Source: a virus
Lineage: Duplodnaviria > Heunggongvirae > Uroviricota > Caudoviricetes
Length of the DNA: 17,248 bases
Direction: 5' to 3' (one strand)
Virus record (IMG/VR): IMGVR_UViG_2778261313_000007
The notes under the pieces were generated by a model, which searched no databases, had not been told where the DNA came from, and saw only the letters and a program-made list of their open reading frames with translations. Of the stretch, positions 1 through 9,092 are shown in pieces. Every line of letters begins with the position of its first letter. Within the stretch, counting starts at the first letter, position 1. Position numbers and translations under genes: made by a program.

Positions 1-36
1 CCACGGGAATATCTGCGGCAGCGGGCTTGTAATGGG

Positions 37-1446
37 TTAAGTGATAACAGATGTCTGGAAATATAGGGGCAAATCCAAGAATGGAGCACGGTCACGAGTT
101 ACATCAGAGATATCGGAATAACCTAAACCATTTTTGTTAGCAACAACAACACGACGGTTAAAGGTAATGCCGCCAGATGTGTGACGAACAACATTAACGT
201 TATTAGCGTAGGTATCAAGGACACCATCACCGTTTTGTTTAAATCCAGTATCACTATCGCCTAAAACAATAGAATTTCCACCCAATCCGTTAGCAACACC
301 AACACCAAAACCGCTATTAAACTTAGGAATGGTTGCATCCTGACTAATAGACAGTTGGGGAGCGTTAATTTTACCGTTTACGCTAAACTCGATTGCGGTA
401 GTACCAGGACCGCCAGCACGCTGTGTGTAGAAATGCCAGCCGCTTTCATCTGCGCATTCTAATACTTGTTTACGAGTATCATTACCCCATGCACGAATAT
501 TGAAGCTAGATTGTCCGGTATTCTTACCCCATCTCATTTGACCAGCAACTTCAAGATCACCTAAGAAATATGCCTTTAGTCCACCTGTAGCCATATTACG
601 TTCGGTGCTGAAATGGCGACCTTTGCTGTCTTCGAGGTATAAAACGTTATCACGGGCGTTGTTGCTATCGCCCCAATGATTAAATCGAATATAATCACGC
701 GATCCAGAACGCCCAGCGTCGAAAGTCAAAAAACCTTTCTTAATGTAAACGTCATTACTAAAACGAGCGGCACGGCTTGCACGTTCTAACGTTAATGCAT
801 CTTCGTTACCATCACCGCCTAATTGAACGTTACCGGAAGTCAGATCATAAATGAATGGTCGATAAGTATTCCAACCACCAAACTTATCGTTTTCAGCCGT
901 TGACAGAAGATAAACTTTTGCGGAGTCATTGCGCCAAAATGCACCATAATTGCCGTAAATCATACGGAATGCATTTGAGTTAGCAGCTACATACTCGCCG
1001 TTTGTATATACAATTTTAGTTGCACCAGTGGTAATAGAGCATTGACCGTTAGCTTCTAGCTGAAATGAGTTTTTCCCCTGATCGCTATACCATTGGAAGT
1101 TATTTGTTTCAGCACTACCAAAACCAATCCAACCTTGACGAGCATTAGCACCATTGCGGCGGTCTTGCCATTCAATATAGTTTGATTGATTACTAGGACG
1201 CTCTAATCTAAGAACGTTTTGTCCGGCATCAAATACACCTTTACCAGTAAACATGGTGCGACCAGTGATTCGTAGAACTTCGCTAGAATCGGTAGTACCA
1301 GTCGCTAAACGATAAACGTTACCTTGAACAGTTTCATGCCAGATTGTTTCTGCGGCTTTACTACGGAATTTACGAAGATATTTTTTACCAGTACCTGAAT
1401 CGTTATTCAAACTGACAATATCATATGTACCCTGTCCGTTTATCAA
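37..1446 (-). CDS. tail fibre / receptor-binding protein (distal fibre)
   Basis: 468-codon ORF ending at TAA 37-39. G/N/S/T/D-rich composition typical of fibre tips. Overlaps the upstream fibre gene by 26 nt. The only start near the 5' end is TTG at 1444-1446 (no in-frame ATG for about 60 codons) and there is no clear SD, so the start is uncertain and may be translationally coupled. Confidence 0.6.
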   Translation of the reverse strand: MINGQGTYDIVSLNNDSGTGKKYLRKFRSKAAETIWHETVQGNVYRLATGTTDSSEVLRITGRTMFTGKGVFDAGQNVLRLERPSNQSNYIEWQDRRNGANARQGWIGFGSAETNNFQWYSDQGKNSFQLEANGQCSITTGATKIVYTNGEYVAANSNAFRMIYGNYGAFWRNDSAKVYLLSTAENDKFGGWNTYRPFIYDLTSGNVQLGGDGNEDALTLERASRAARFSNDVYIKKGFLTFDAGRSGSRDYIRFNHWGDSNNARDNVLYLEDSKGRHFSTERNMATGGLKAYFLGDLEVAGQMRWGKNTGQSSFNIRAWGNDTRKQVLECADESGWHFYTQRAGGPGTTAIEFSVNGKINAPQLSISQDATIPKFNSGFGVGVANGLGGNSIVLGDSDTGFKQNGDGVLDTYANNVNVVRHTSGGITFNRRVVVANKNGLGYSDISDVTRDRAPFLDLPLYFQTSVIT

Positions 1447-3082
1447 ACATCAACGTTCCGGCCTTGTTTTCGGTGTTGAACATTGTAATAACACGTCCAT
1501 CTGTAACACCAGTAGACGGCTTAACGTTAGTCATAGCTGGGGTGTCATGAACAGTCAGTGAAACACCGCTAGTCTTACCATATTCGACAATAACGTTATC
1601 AGTATAACGACCGTAGTTAACGTAAATGTCGTAGTTATCACCGGAAGTATTAACCGCAAATACTTGATGAACGTTCAAAGAGTTTCGACGATAAGCAGCA
1701 ATACTAACGCCTTTCGGGTTATTGTTACCGGAACGGATAACAATTTCAAGGAAATCAACCTGATCATAGGAGTTAACGTTATAACCATTACCACCGAAGA
1801 TACGAAGCATTACCATACGACCATTTTGTGGGATCGTAGCCGTAGCAATCTTGAAATAAGCACGGGATTCACTACCAGAAGGAACAGACATTGTGACATT
1901 TTTAATAAACATCTTATCAATTTCGCCTTTGGTATATGCGCCAATTTCAGCAGGAGTCGGTTTATCCCCTTCGTGATACATTTTATAGCTAAACGCTTTT
2001 TGTCCCTGAGCATCAAAACCATAGGTTTCAACACGAGATCCGCCAGACGCATAACGGAAAGTAAATCCTCGACCATGCGCTTTACCGGAAGAGTGAGGAA
2101 CGTTAAGGGTTAGATCCATGAGTCCATCTTGACCATTGGTACGGAATGCACCGAAGTAATTAAGATCTCTCGCGGTTGAATCTTCCAGATAGTTACCAGT
2201 CTTGCTATACAAATACGCGCCGTGATAGGTCTTTGTGTTCTTCTTGATATATGCTGCGTTAGCACTACCTTCAATACCATCAATTCGCTTGTTGGCGGCT
2301 GTAATTGCGGCATCGGTCGATGATTTGTTCTGGTCTACCTTGTTGTTAATAGCGGTATGGTTACTATTCACAGTGCCAGTAAGGTTACTGATTTTAGTAT
2401 CAGCATCTTTCTTGTTGTCGGAAACGACCTTTTCAATCGCTGTTTTGTTAGCTGCAACCGTGCTAGTTAAGCTAGAAATTTTGTTATCTGCATCGGTTTT
2501 ATTTGCAGTAACAGTTTTAGTTAAGTTGCTAACGTTGGTGTTAGTGGTATTAACCTTGTTGTTAATCGCGGTGTTATTGTCAGTGACCGTTTTCGTTAAA
2601 GCTGCATGTTTGCTATCTGCATCAGATTTGTTTGCGGCAACGGTTCTTTCAATTGCGATCTTATTCGCAGATACGGTCCCCGTAAGGTTATTGATCTTAG
2701 TGTCGGCATCGGTTTTATTTGCCGTAACTGTCTGGGTTAAGTTACTAACAGTGGTGTTGGTAGCATCAATGCGCTTATTGGTTGCGGTGTCTTTAGCGGT
2801 AATAGTCTGATTCAGTTCAGCTTTAACACTAGCCAGATTATTAGCGGCCTCTTGTTTGTTGGAAGCAATAACACGGTCAGTGCTAGTTTTATTCTGGTCT
2901 ACTTTCGTGTTAAGTTCAGCGTGTTTTTCTGGAGAAACAGAGATTTGAACTACTGCGTTATTTTTATCTTTGGTATACAGAACGTGATCAGCAAGGTTAA
3001 TAGCCAATTCACCCTGTGATAATTGTTCCGGCGTTGGTTTTTTACCAGCCGTTTGTGTGCGTTTAAATTGGATTGATTGCAT
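1421..3082 (-). CDS. tail fibre protein with T/N-rich repeat shaft
   Basis: ATG at 3080-3082 preceded by GAGGTGA SD, stop TGA 1421-1423. N-terminal motif KKPTPEQLSQGELAINLADHVLY. Central repeats of about 14 aa (TVTANKTDADTKINNLTGTV and variants), visible as DNA-level repeats across roughly 2300-2900. C-terminal globular domain. Confidence 0.7.
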   Translation of the reverse strand: MQSIQFKRTQTAGKKPTPEQLSQGELAINLADHVLYTKDKNNAVVQISVSPEKHAELNTKVDQNKTSTDRVIASNKQEAANNLASVKAELNQTITAKDTATNKRIDATNTTVSNLTQTVTANKTDADTKINNLTGTVSANKIAIERTVAANKSDADSKHAALTKTVTDNNTAINNKVNTTNTNVSNLTKTVTANKTDADNKISSLTSTVAANKTAIEKVVSDNKKDADTKISNLTGTVNSNHTAINNKVDQNKSSTDAAITAANKRIDGIEGSANAAYIKKNTKTYHGAYLYSKTGNYLEDSTARDLNYFGAFRTNGQDGLMDLTLNVPHSSGKAHGRGFTFRYASGGSRVETYGFDAQGQKAFSYKMYHEGDKPTPAEIGAYTKGEIDKMFIKNVTMSVPSGSESRAYFKIATATIPQNGRMVMLRIFGGNGYNVNSYDQVDFLEIVIRSGNNNPKGVSIAAYRRNSLNVHQVFAVNTSGDNYDIYVNYGRYTDNVIVEYGKTSGVSLTVHDTPAMTNVKPSTGVTDGRVITMFNTENKAGTLMFDKRTGYI

Positions 3083-3100
3083 CTAGAATCACCTCACTAT

Positions 3101-3131
3101 AAAACAGGAATAAGGGAGGCGTTAACCTCCC
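3101..3131 (-). terminator. hairpin plus U-tract between the 277-aa gene and the fibre genes (attenuator candidate)
   Basis: GGGAGG-CGTTAA-CCTCCC inverted repeat at 3114-3131. On the minus strand it is followed by UUAUUCCUGUUUU. Confidence 0.4.
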
Positions 3132-3162
3132 CGCGTCATGTTTTATTTAGGTAGGAGAATCC

Positions 3163-3996
3163 TTAGTATTCGCCGAAATCGATCCGGTCAGTCTTAGCCA
3201 CTGCGCCAATTTCGCTAGGTGTCGGTTTCTCGTTTGTAGAATAGACTTTAATCCATTCAGATTTACCGTTTTCCTGAATATTTCGGACGCGTAAACGCGG
3301 TGCGCCAGAAGTATTACAGGTTAATTGCCATGCGCCATGCTCATTAGCTTGAAGATGAATTAACGATGTATCAGCACCATAAGGGTTAGTGCTAGCAGTT
3401 CCCTTGTAAGTTACGAAACGGTTTCCTGTCAGAGATTCACTATCAATAGGACCACTGAAAGGATTTACACCAGCACCGATACCAAAATCACCCTGACGTA
3501 AGATCCGGCCTTCGGTAGCAATACCCCTTGCCAAAATCCCGCCATCTGGTTCAAGTTTAAATTCCAGTGTTACAGCTTTGTTATCTGCGCCACGGGTTTT
3601 GTGACTAGTGACATAAGCGTCATAGATGACATAGTAACCAGTGTTAGCAGCACTATAGCCAGAGTTCACAACATAGAACATACGGAAGCGTAAAGGTGTT
3701 TTATCCTCTACCGCTTTCATCAACATTGCTTGATGTTCATCGTCAAGAACACGGTTTAATGTGAGTGTTGTCGGTTCCAGTCTACGATAACCAGCAAGTT
3801 TCCCCGTAGCGTCCTGATCGTACTCTTCCAGAGTTTCTATCTCTGTGGATTCGGTTAGCGTAGGGAATGCTGCGATGTTCTCCATAGAACTAAAGCTAGG
3901 ATCGAAAAAGTCGACCTGATTGTCTATCTGGTTAGAGATCGACACTTCAACATGTGATCCAGTGAAAATATCTAAGTTATCTTGTGTAATATTCAT
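3163..3996 (-). CDS. virion structural protein, probably tail- or fibre-associated (function unassigned)
   Basis: ATG 3994-3996 with AAGGGG SD, stop TAA 3163-3165. Lies between head-completion-sized genes and the fibre genes. C-terminus carries EKPTPSEIGAV, the same short motif found in the adjacent fibre protein. Confidence 0.45.
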   Translation of the reverse strand: MNITQDNLDIFTGSHVEVSISNQIDNQVDFFDPSFSSMENIAAFPTLTESTEIETLEEYDQDATGKLAGYRRLEPTTLTLNRVLDDEHQAMLMKAVEDKTPLRFRMFYVVNSGYSAANTGYYVIYDAYVTSHKTRGADNKAVTLEFKLEPDGGILARGIATEGRILRQGDFGIGAGVNPFSGPIDSESLTGNRFVTYKGTASTNPYGADTSLIHLQANEHGAWQLTCNTSGAPRLRVRNIQENGKSEWIKVYSTNEKPTPSEIGAVAKTDRIDFGEY

Positions 3997-4005
3997 TATT
4001 ACCCC

Positions 4006-4428
4006 TTAAAAACGCGCTAGATAAGAAAATTTAAGGCTAAGTGTCCCAACGATACCCCCATCACTAGAATCATCGTCATAATCGGTATTAGAGGCTACTG
4101 GAGTGATATCTGAAATAGAGAAGCCCAAATCTTTAAAACGTGGGTTATCCGGCTGAATCTGGATTATCTGGCAAATACCCTCATGGATTTTTGTTTCATG
4201 AATCTGAGAATATAATTGCATTTCGATAACGCATTCAGCTTGCATTGCATTACCACCACGGACCCTAGTGTAAGTCTCATTCATGCCAGTAATCCAACAA
4301 ACCACGTCATCACTAAAACCTTGCTGAGTTTGTTCTACGTTTAAAGCCAGACCTAAATCTTGTTCGATAATATCTTGCAAGGCGCGTTTGATTTTCAGTC
4401 TAGGCATATTATTAACGGTAGCGAGCAT
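4006..4428 (-). CDS. hypothetical small virion protein (head completion / head-tail connector candidate)
   Basis: ORF-track ORF 4006..4476 trimmed to the ATG at 4426-4428 (MLATVNN...), which has a GGGGG SD 5 nt upstream. Overlaps the stop of the upstream gene, suggesting translational coupling. Role inferred from position after the capsid gene only. Confidence 0.45.
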   Translation of the reverse strand: MLATVNNMPRLKIKRALQDIIEQDLGLALNVEQTQQGFSDDVVCWITGMNETYTRVRGGNAMQAECVIEMQLYSQIHETKIHEGICQIIQIQPDNPRFKDLGFSISDITPVASNTDYDDDSSDGGIVGTLSLKFSYLARF

Positions 4429-4702
4429 GTGTACCCCCTGCCAGAGTAATAAAGCAATCAGTGGTATTATCACCATTGCGCTTAACGTATTGAACTTTGA
4501 AACGCTGGTTTTCTACAATGACAATATCACCCTGATTTAAGTCTCCCTCACGACAGAATAGAAATTCGGTTTCTGTCATTACCCCCGATTCGTCGGTAGT
4601 AGTAATTTCATGATAAGCACGAATTGATTTACCACCTTCCACCGAAAATACAGGAGCACTCTTAAACATTCTTGATAATTGTGATTCTGATAATTTGAAC
4701 AT
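4412..4702 (-). CDS. hypothetical small virion protein (head completion / adaptor candidate)
   Basis: ORF-track ORF 4412..4747 trimmed to the ATG at 4700-4702 (MFKLSE...), preceded by AAGGGGG SD. Sits just downstream of the capsid terminator. Role inferred from position only. Confidence 0.45.
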   Translation of the reverse strand: MFKLSESQLSRMFKSAPVFSVEGGKSIRAYHEITTTDESGVMTETEFLFCREGDLNQGDIVIVENQRFKVQYVKRNGDNTTDCFITLAGGTHARYR

Positions 4703-4731
4703 AGTTACCCCCTTTATGGAGTATTTACATA

Positions 4732-4758
4732 CAAAAAAGCCCCGCACTAGGCAGGGCT
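4732..4758 (-). terminator. rho-independent terminator downstream of the capsid gene
   Basis: Minus-strand RNA AGCCCUGCCUAGUGCGGGGCU (7-bp GC-rich stem including one G-U) followed by UUUUUU (plus-strand A-run 4732-4737). Confidence 0.65.
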
Positions 4759-4892
4759 AATTATCATTCTTTAGGCTTGCGGCCTCGTTTTGCTGTGGCT
4801 TTCGCCGTAACCGTCTGGGATTCTTCTTCCGGTTTAGGAATCAGATTTTCTTCCCCCGAATCGGGGGAAGGTTCAGAAGGTTCTACAGGAGT

Positions 4893-6947
4893 TCAGTCAA
4901 CTTTTTTCTGAACTACGGTCAGTGCGCTATGGTCCATAACAGCCCAATCCAGATCAGCCCATACACGGAAGTACAGGTTGCCAGCCGCGCGACCTGTGGT
5001 ATCGTCGCAATCCAGTTCCAGCGATCCGAAGTCTGCAACAACAAGGGAGCTAAAGTCACCAAACAGCATGGTATCCTGAGCAACTACACCAGAGCCATAG
5101 ATCGGACGGTTAACCAGTTTATCGCCTTCTACCAGGAAGCCCGGAACATTAGCTGCTTTGAGTTGCGCTGCCAGTTCAGCTTTAACAACACCACGGGTAG
5201 CAAATGCCAGATCCGCTTCGTTATAACCTTTGTCGGTCAGTTCAGCTACCAGTTTCAGGAACTCGGCATAGGTCCAATCAATCTGTTTAACTTTGCCAGC
5301 GTCGGTCAGGATCTTAGTCAGACCATCACGAGCGTTAGTGTTAGCAGCATTGGACAGAATCGCTTTTTCCAGAGCGATAGCACTGTGTTTCAGCATGTGC
5401 TCACCAACGATAGCGCCAATATTGGGCAGTGTGATTGCAGCCTGACGCGTTACAGGAACAATTCCGTTAAAAGTCTTGAGAGTCATCGGCTGCGCTGCAA
5501 ACTTAATAGTACCTTCACCAGCGGATTGACCTTCTGCAACAAAACCGAAGTTTTCCAGATTGCTGGAAGTCAGAGACGGCAGAGAAACAGGACCAGTTGC
5601 GTTAATGGTACGCACACCCAATTTACCCAGAATAGAACGTTCCATGATCATATCAACGAAGCAATCATGGCGGATTTCTTCACCAACTACTGGTTTCAGA
5701 GATTCCATGTTCTGGCTAGCACGCAGAGCGGACGCCGGAATGAATACGGAGTTAGAACGCTGCGCACGACCACGCGCTGCGGCTTTACGTGCTTCTTCCT
5801 GAGAATATTCAGCTTCTGCGCCAGTCAGGGCTTTACCCTCTGCGATTGCACGTACAGCTTTATTAAGATCGAAACGGGATTCCAGAGTTTTAATGGTATC
5901 GGTCATGGTAATTTTTCCTTTAACAAAAGTTTTAGATTCGGTAGTATTTAGTGCGCGTGCTTTTTCTTTAAAATTTTCAATAGTCACGGCACTATCTTTA
6001 ATTGCAGCTTCAATCACGTCTTCGGAGATATTTAGATGTTTTCCGATAGCACGAATTTCGGCGGTATCTTCGCGAGAACGTTCAAACGGTTTTTCTTCGT
6101 CTTCAATCTTTTCTTCTTCGACTGGTTCGGATGTATTTTCCGTTTCGTCGTTCTCGTCTGTATCTTTATTTAGTTCTTCTGTTTCTTCCGGTTCATCTTC
6201 GGAACGTTCTTCTTTTTCTTCTGGCGTTACTTCTTGCGGTTCTTCCACATCTTCGCCACTGTCAGCACTATTTCCAGAATCGGAATCAATTTCTTCATTT
6301 TCTTGTTCCTCTTTCTCTTCTTCGGAACGTTTTTCTTCATCTTCCGGTTTAATTTCTTCGACCGGAGTATCTTTAATTTCGTCTTCCACTTGTTCACCCT
6401 CCAAAACAATCATTTCGTTGTCTGTATTTAGAGAGCGTCCAACACCCGCATTAAATGGATCTGCGGCACACGTTACAAGACTGCATTCGAAAGGTTGCCA
6501 GCGTGTAACATAATAGATCCCTTTGTTAAAATCGGCTTTGCCATCAAGAACGTTATAACCGACGCTAACTTGTGAAAGTGTTCCCTCTTTTACCTTCTCA
6601 AAGCATTCATTAGCCAGTTGGCCTACTTTGGAGAATTGGACAAGGCAACGACCTACACGGTCTTCGTCAATACGAGCGGAGCCAGGAACAATCTTGCCGA
6701 TATGAAGATCCAGATTGTGATTAAACAGAAGACTTGCGTTAGTCTCGTTTAAAACGGATAGATCAACCGCTGATTCATCGTGTACGAGAATCTCTTTTAA
6801 TTCGACTTGCTCGCCGTCCTGATTCATGTAATAACGTGTATAAGGAGCCTCGCTTGAGAAAGCCAATTCAATAATTCGTTCGTCTTTTTCTTCGATAAAA
6901 TCAGGGGTATCTACCGCAACACTACGACGGAATTGTTTTGTTGTCAT
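4893..6947 (-). CDS. prohead protease / acidic scaffold-like linker / HK97-fold major capsid protein fusion
   Basis: ATG 6945-6947 with AAGGTGA SD, stop TGA 4893-4895. N-terminal roughly 180 aa resemble a caudoviral prohead protease. A middle stretch of about 100 aa is extremely E/D-rich (DNA roughly 6077-6392). The C-terminal roughly 330 aa have an HK97-type capsid pattern. Sits immediately after the portal gene. Domain assignment is from recollection of family patterns, not a search. Confidence 0.75.
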   Translation of the reverse strand: MTTKQFRRSVAVDTPDFIEEKDERIIELAFSSEAPYTRYYMNQDGEQVELKEILVHDESAVDLSVLNETNASLLFNHNLDLHIGKIVPGSARIDEDRVGRCLVQFSKVGQLANECFEKVKEGTLSQVSVGYNVLDGKADFNKGIYYVTRWQPFECSLVTCAADPFNAGVGRSLNTDNEMIVLEGEQVEDEIKDTPVEEIKPEDEEKRSEEEKEEQENEEIDSDSGNSADSGEDVEEPQEVTPEEKEERSEDEPEETEELNKDTDENDETENTSEPVEEEKIEDEEKPFERSREDTAEIRAIGKHLNISEDVIEAAIKDSAVTIENFKEKARALNTTESKTFVKGKITMTDTIKTLESRFDLNKAVRAIAEGKALTGAEAEYSQEEARKAAARGRAQRSNSVFIPASALRASQNMESLKPVVGEEIRHDCFVDMIMERSILGKLGVRTINATGPVSLPSLTSSNLENFGFVAEGQSAGEGTIKFAAQPMTLKTFNGIVPVTRQAAITLPNIGAIVGEHMLKHSAIALEKAILSNAANTNARDGLTKILTDAGKVKQIDWTYAEFLKLVAELTDKGYNEADLAFATRGVVKAELAAQLKAANVPGFLVEGDKLVNRPIYGSGVVAQDTMLFGDFSSLVVADFGSLELDCDDTTGRAAGNLYFRVWADLDWAVMDHSALTVVQKKVD

Positions 6948-6968
6948 AGATCACCTTGAAAATTATTG

Positions 6969-6983
6969 GGGGCATTGCGCCCC
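6969..6983 (-). other. GC-only hairpin between portal stop and capsid RBS
   Basis: GGGGC-ATTGC-GCCCC inverted repeat inside the 42-nt portal-capsid spacer. Confidence 0.3.
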
Positions 6984-6989
6984 GTTGGG

Positions 6990-8513
6990 TTATTCATTTT
7001 GAGTATCAGGAGATTTTTCTTTTTCAGTCTCACCCTCACTCACGACGCATGTATTTAGCATGTGTTTTTCTGCCTCAATTTCTTTAAAGACCTGAGACGG
7101 ATCTTGACCCATTTCCATAATGACCTGAGCTTTAGACTTCAATCCGCTTTCTATTAACAGAACTTCACTCTGAATATCTTTGATCGGTTCAATAGACGTA
7201 ACGCGAGGTCTAATAATTGTCGTTGCATCCAAAATAGAATCGATCTGCGTCATGCGAACATTGATTTTTGAGTTAATTACCGCGTGACGTAAAAACGCCT
7301 CAAATAATGGAAGAATAACAGTATCAACTAAGCGATCTTGATGCGTCTTGAAGCGAGCGGATTCAATATTATGACCGAATTTTGCTGATGAGTAGTTAAT
7401 AGAACTTGTATCTCCTGTAAGAGCTTGTTTAAAGCTAGACAGACCCATAGAAATAGAAGTCAGCATTGCTTCATTGAATTTTTCGAAATCATCGCCGCCT
7501 TGAGTTGATTGTACCGTTTTAACGTCTTGCCCCGGTTCCAGTATATTGATAGTACCCGGTTCGAAGTCAGTGATCATTGTTGGCGGTTGATAGTTTTCCG
7601 TGTCATCTTCACCAACATCAAATGAATCTTGATTTTCTTTATCGCTTGTGATAAAGGCCATGCTGCTTGCGTGCACGCGCTTACCGATTATTACAGTCTC
7701 GCGGAACGCTTCAAGATGAGCTATATCTTTGATTATTGGCAAGAAATCAGTAATACCACGTAATGCGTCGGCTGTACCAGGGATAAAGTAATGCAGCACT
7801 CTTTCCGCCGGGATTCGTACACGTTCGCCAGTAAAGGACTGAGTAAACAGGTCACGACGCCTAAACCAATATGCAACGGGCTTTTCATCTTCATATTCGA
7901 TGCCAGCGTAAACGACATTACCGTTATCTAAGGTGCGCTGATCTGACCAATCAACACAATCCGCACCATAAATGGATACTTGCAGATCCTTACCATCTTC
8001 ATGGAGTACCAGAAACGCATCACCACCCATCACGCGCTCTTTTTCCATCAACTTTAAGCATTCAAGGAAGTTAATCTTTCCGATGCGCGAGAATCGTTTC
8101 TGAGAGCTAGCCCAACGCCAAAAAGCATTCTCAATAGCGGTGTTAGTGGTTGCGTCCAGCTTTTCCCCTTTCATAACGAAGGTTCGAGGCTGTAAGCCAG
8201 TACCTACCACGGAATCAATAACGTGTTGGCAATAACGGGAGCCAATAGAAGTGTTTAACGCAAGATAACGGCCTTGATTGTATAGACGTGATGCGGACCC
8301 CTTAATCGCGCTGTTAATGCTGCCAGTGATGACATTACGCGCCATACTTCCTTCAATGCGGTCGCTTTCAACCAATCCCAAAGAGCGTTTATGTAAGTCT
8401 TTGGTAAATTCTTCAATCTTGCGATCTACAAATAATTTGCGGTGTTGGCGAATACCGATTTTCTTAACCGGATTCACGGGCATATCTTTTTTGCGTTTGA
8501 AAAAATTAAACAT
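6990..8513 (-). CDS. portal protein (lambda gpB-like family)
   Basis: ATG 8511-8513 with AAGGA SD overlapping the stop of the upstream gene, stop TAA 6990-6992. 507 aa, located between terminase and capsid. The stretch ISMGLSSFKQALTGDTSSINYSSAKFG resembles the lambda-family portal core as I recall it. Confidence 0.7.
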   Translation of the reverse strand: MFNFFKRKKDMPVNPVKKIGIRQHRKLFVDRKIEEFTKDLHKRSLGLVESDRIEGSMARNVITGSINSAIKGSASRLYNQGRYLALNTSIGSRYCQHVIDSVVGTGLQPRTFVMKGEKLDATTNTAIENAFWRWASSQKRFSRIGKINFLECLKLMEKERVMGGDAFLVLHEDGKDLQVSIYGADCVDWSDQRTLDNGNVVYAGIEYEDEKPVAYWFRRRDLFTQSFTGERVRIPAERVLHYFIPGTADALRGITDFLPIIKDIAHLEAFRETVIIGKRVHASSMAFITSDKENQDSFDVGEDDTENYQPPTMITDFEPGTINILEPGQDVKTVQSTQGGDDFEKFNEAMLTSISMGLSSFKQALTGDTSSINYSSAKFGHNIESARFKTHQDRLVDTVILPLFEAFLRHAVINSKINVRMTQIDSILDATTIIRPRVTSIEPIKDIQSEVLLIESGLKSKAQVIMEMGQDPSQVFKEIEAEKHMLNTCVVSEGETEKEKSPDTQNE

Positions 8514-8522
8514 GTTAAATCC

Positions 8523-9020
8523 TTATCGAGTTAAGCGTACTTTAATCGGTGTAATTGGTGAGTAATTGCCAGCCTTGCGCCGTTCTTGCTGAATGAGTTT
8601 TACGAGTTGTTTTTCGTAATCCCTTTTCAGTTGTTGTAAAACCGCAATTGACTCGTAGGTAAACGAATTACCCTTTATCGTCATTGCAGATAACGCACTT
8701 TCATCATTGGCTAGGCGCGCATAGATGGTATTTTCGATTAAAGCAATCGTTTCGCGCAGATATTCTTTTTTGGATTGTTTGGCGAATACTGGCAATACAG
8801 TTAATTCCTGCATTGATACCAGTTCTTCTTCCAAAGTGGTTACGATGGTATATTTACCCTCGGCAAAATCTAAGGTTTTAATCTCGTGATTAGCCGGAGT
8901 ATCATCAACCTGATAAATGATACCTTTACTATTTCCTACCTGAATTGTTACACCCTCTTCATTCGCCAGCGTGATTTTTTCACCTTTACGAATTACTAAG
9001 GGAATTAGTTCTAAACTCAT
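8523..9020 (-). CDS. hypothetical protein between terminase and portal
   Basis: ATG 9018-9020 with AAGGGG SD, stop TAA 8523-8525. 165 aa, no motif recognised. Tightly packed with and probably coupled to the portal gene. Confidence 0.5.
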   Translation of the reverse strand: MSLELIPLVIRKGEKITLANEEGVTIQVGNSKGIIYQVDDTPANHEIKTLDFAEGKYTIVTTLEEELVSMQELTVLPVFAKQSKKEYLRETIALIENTIYARLANDESALSAMTIKGNSFTYESIAVLQQLKRDYEKQLVKLIQQERRKAGNYSPITPIKVRLTR

Positions 9021-9066
9021 AATTACCCCTTATTTAATTGTTATTGGATTAACAATATTTAGGAGT

Positions 9067-9087
9067 AAGCCGCCCCGAAGGACGGCG
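9067..9087 (-). other. UUCG-loop hairpin downstream of terL (processing/stability or weak terminator)
   Basis: Minus-strand RNA GCCGUCC-UUCG-GGGCGGC directly after the terL stop, with no strong U-tract. Confidence 0.35.
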
Positions 9088-9092
9088 AGTTA

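Noticed and set aside
1664-2810. ORF-track ORFs on the plus strand and in alternative minus frames inside the fibre gene (1664..2113, 1810..2076, 2110..2313, 2235..2810)
   Set aside because: They lie antisense to or out of frame with a well-supported fibre gene, have no RBS, and show low-complexity composition driven by the fibre repeat DNA.
4929-6513. ORFs overlapping the capsid gene (4929..5951, 5560..5802, 5893..6513, 6131..6352, 6227..6409, 6234..6431), including K-rich and S-rich low-complexity products
   Set aside because: They are the out-of-frame and antisense readings of the GAA/GAT-rich acidic linker and capsid body. None has an RBS and their compositions are frame artefacts.
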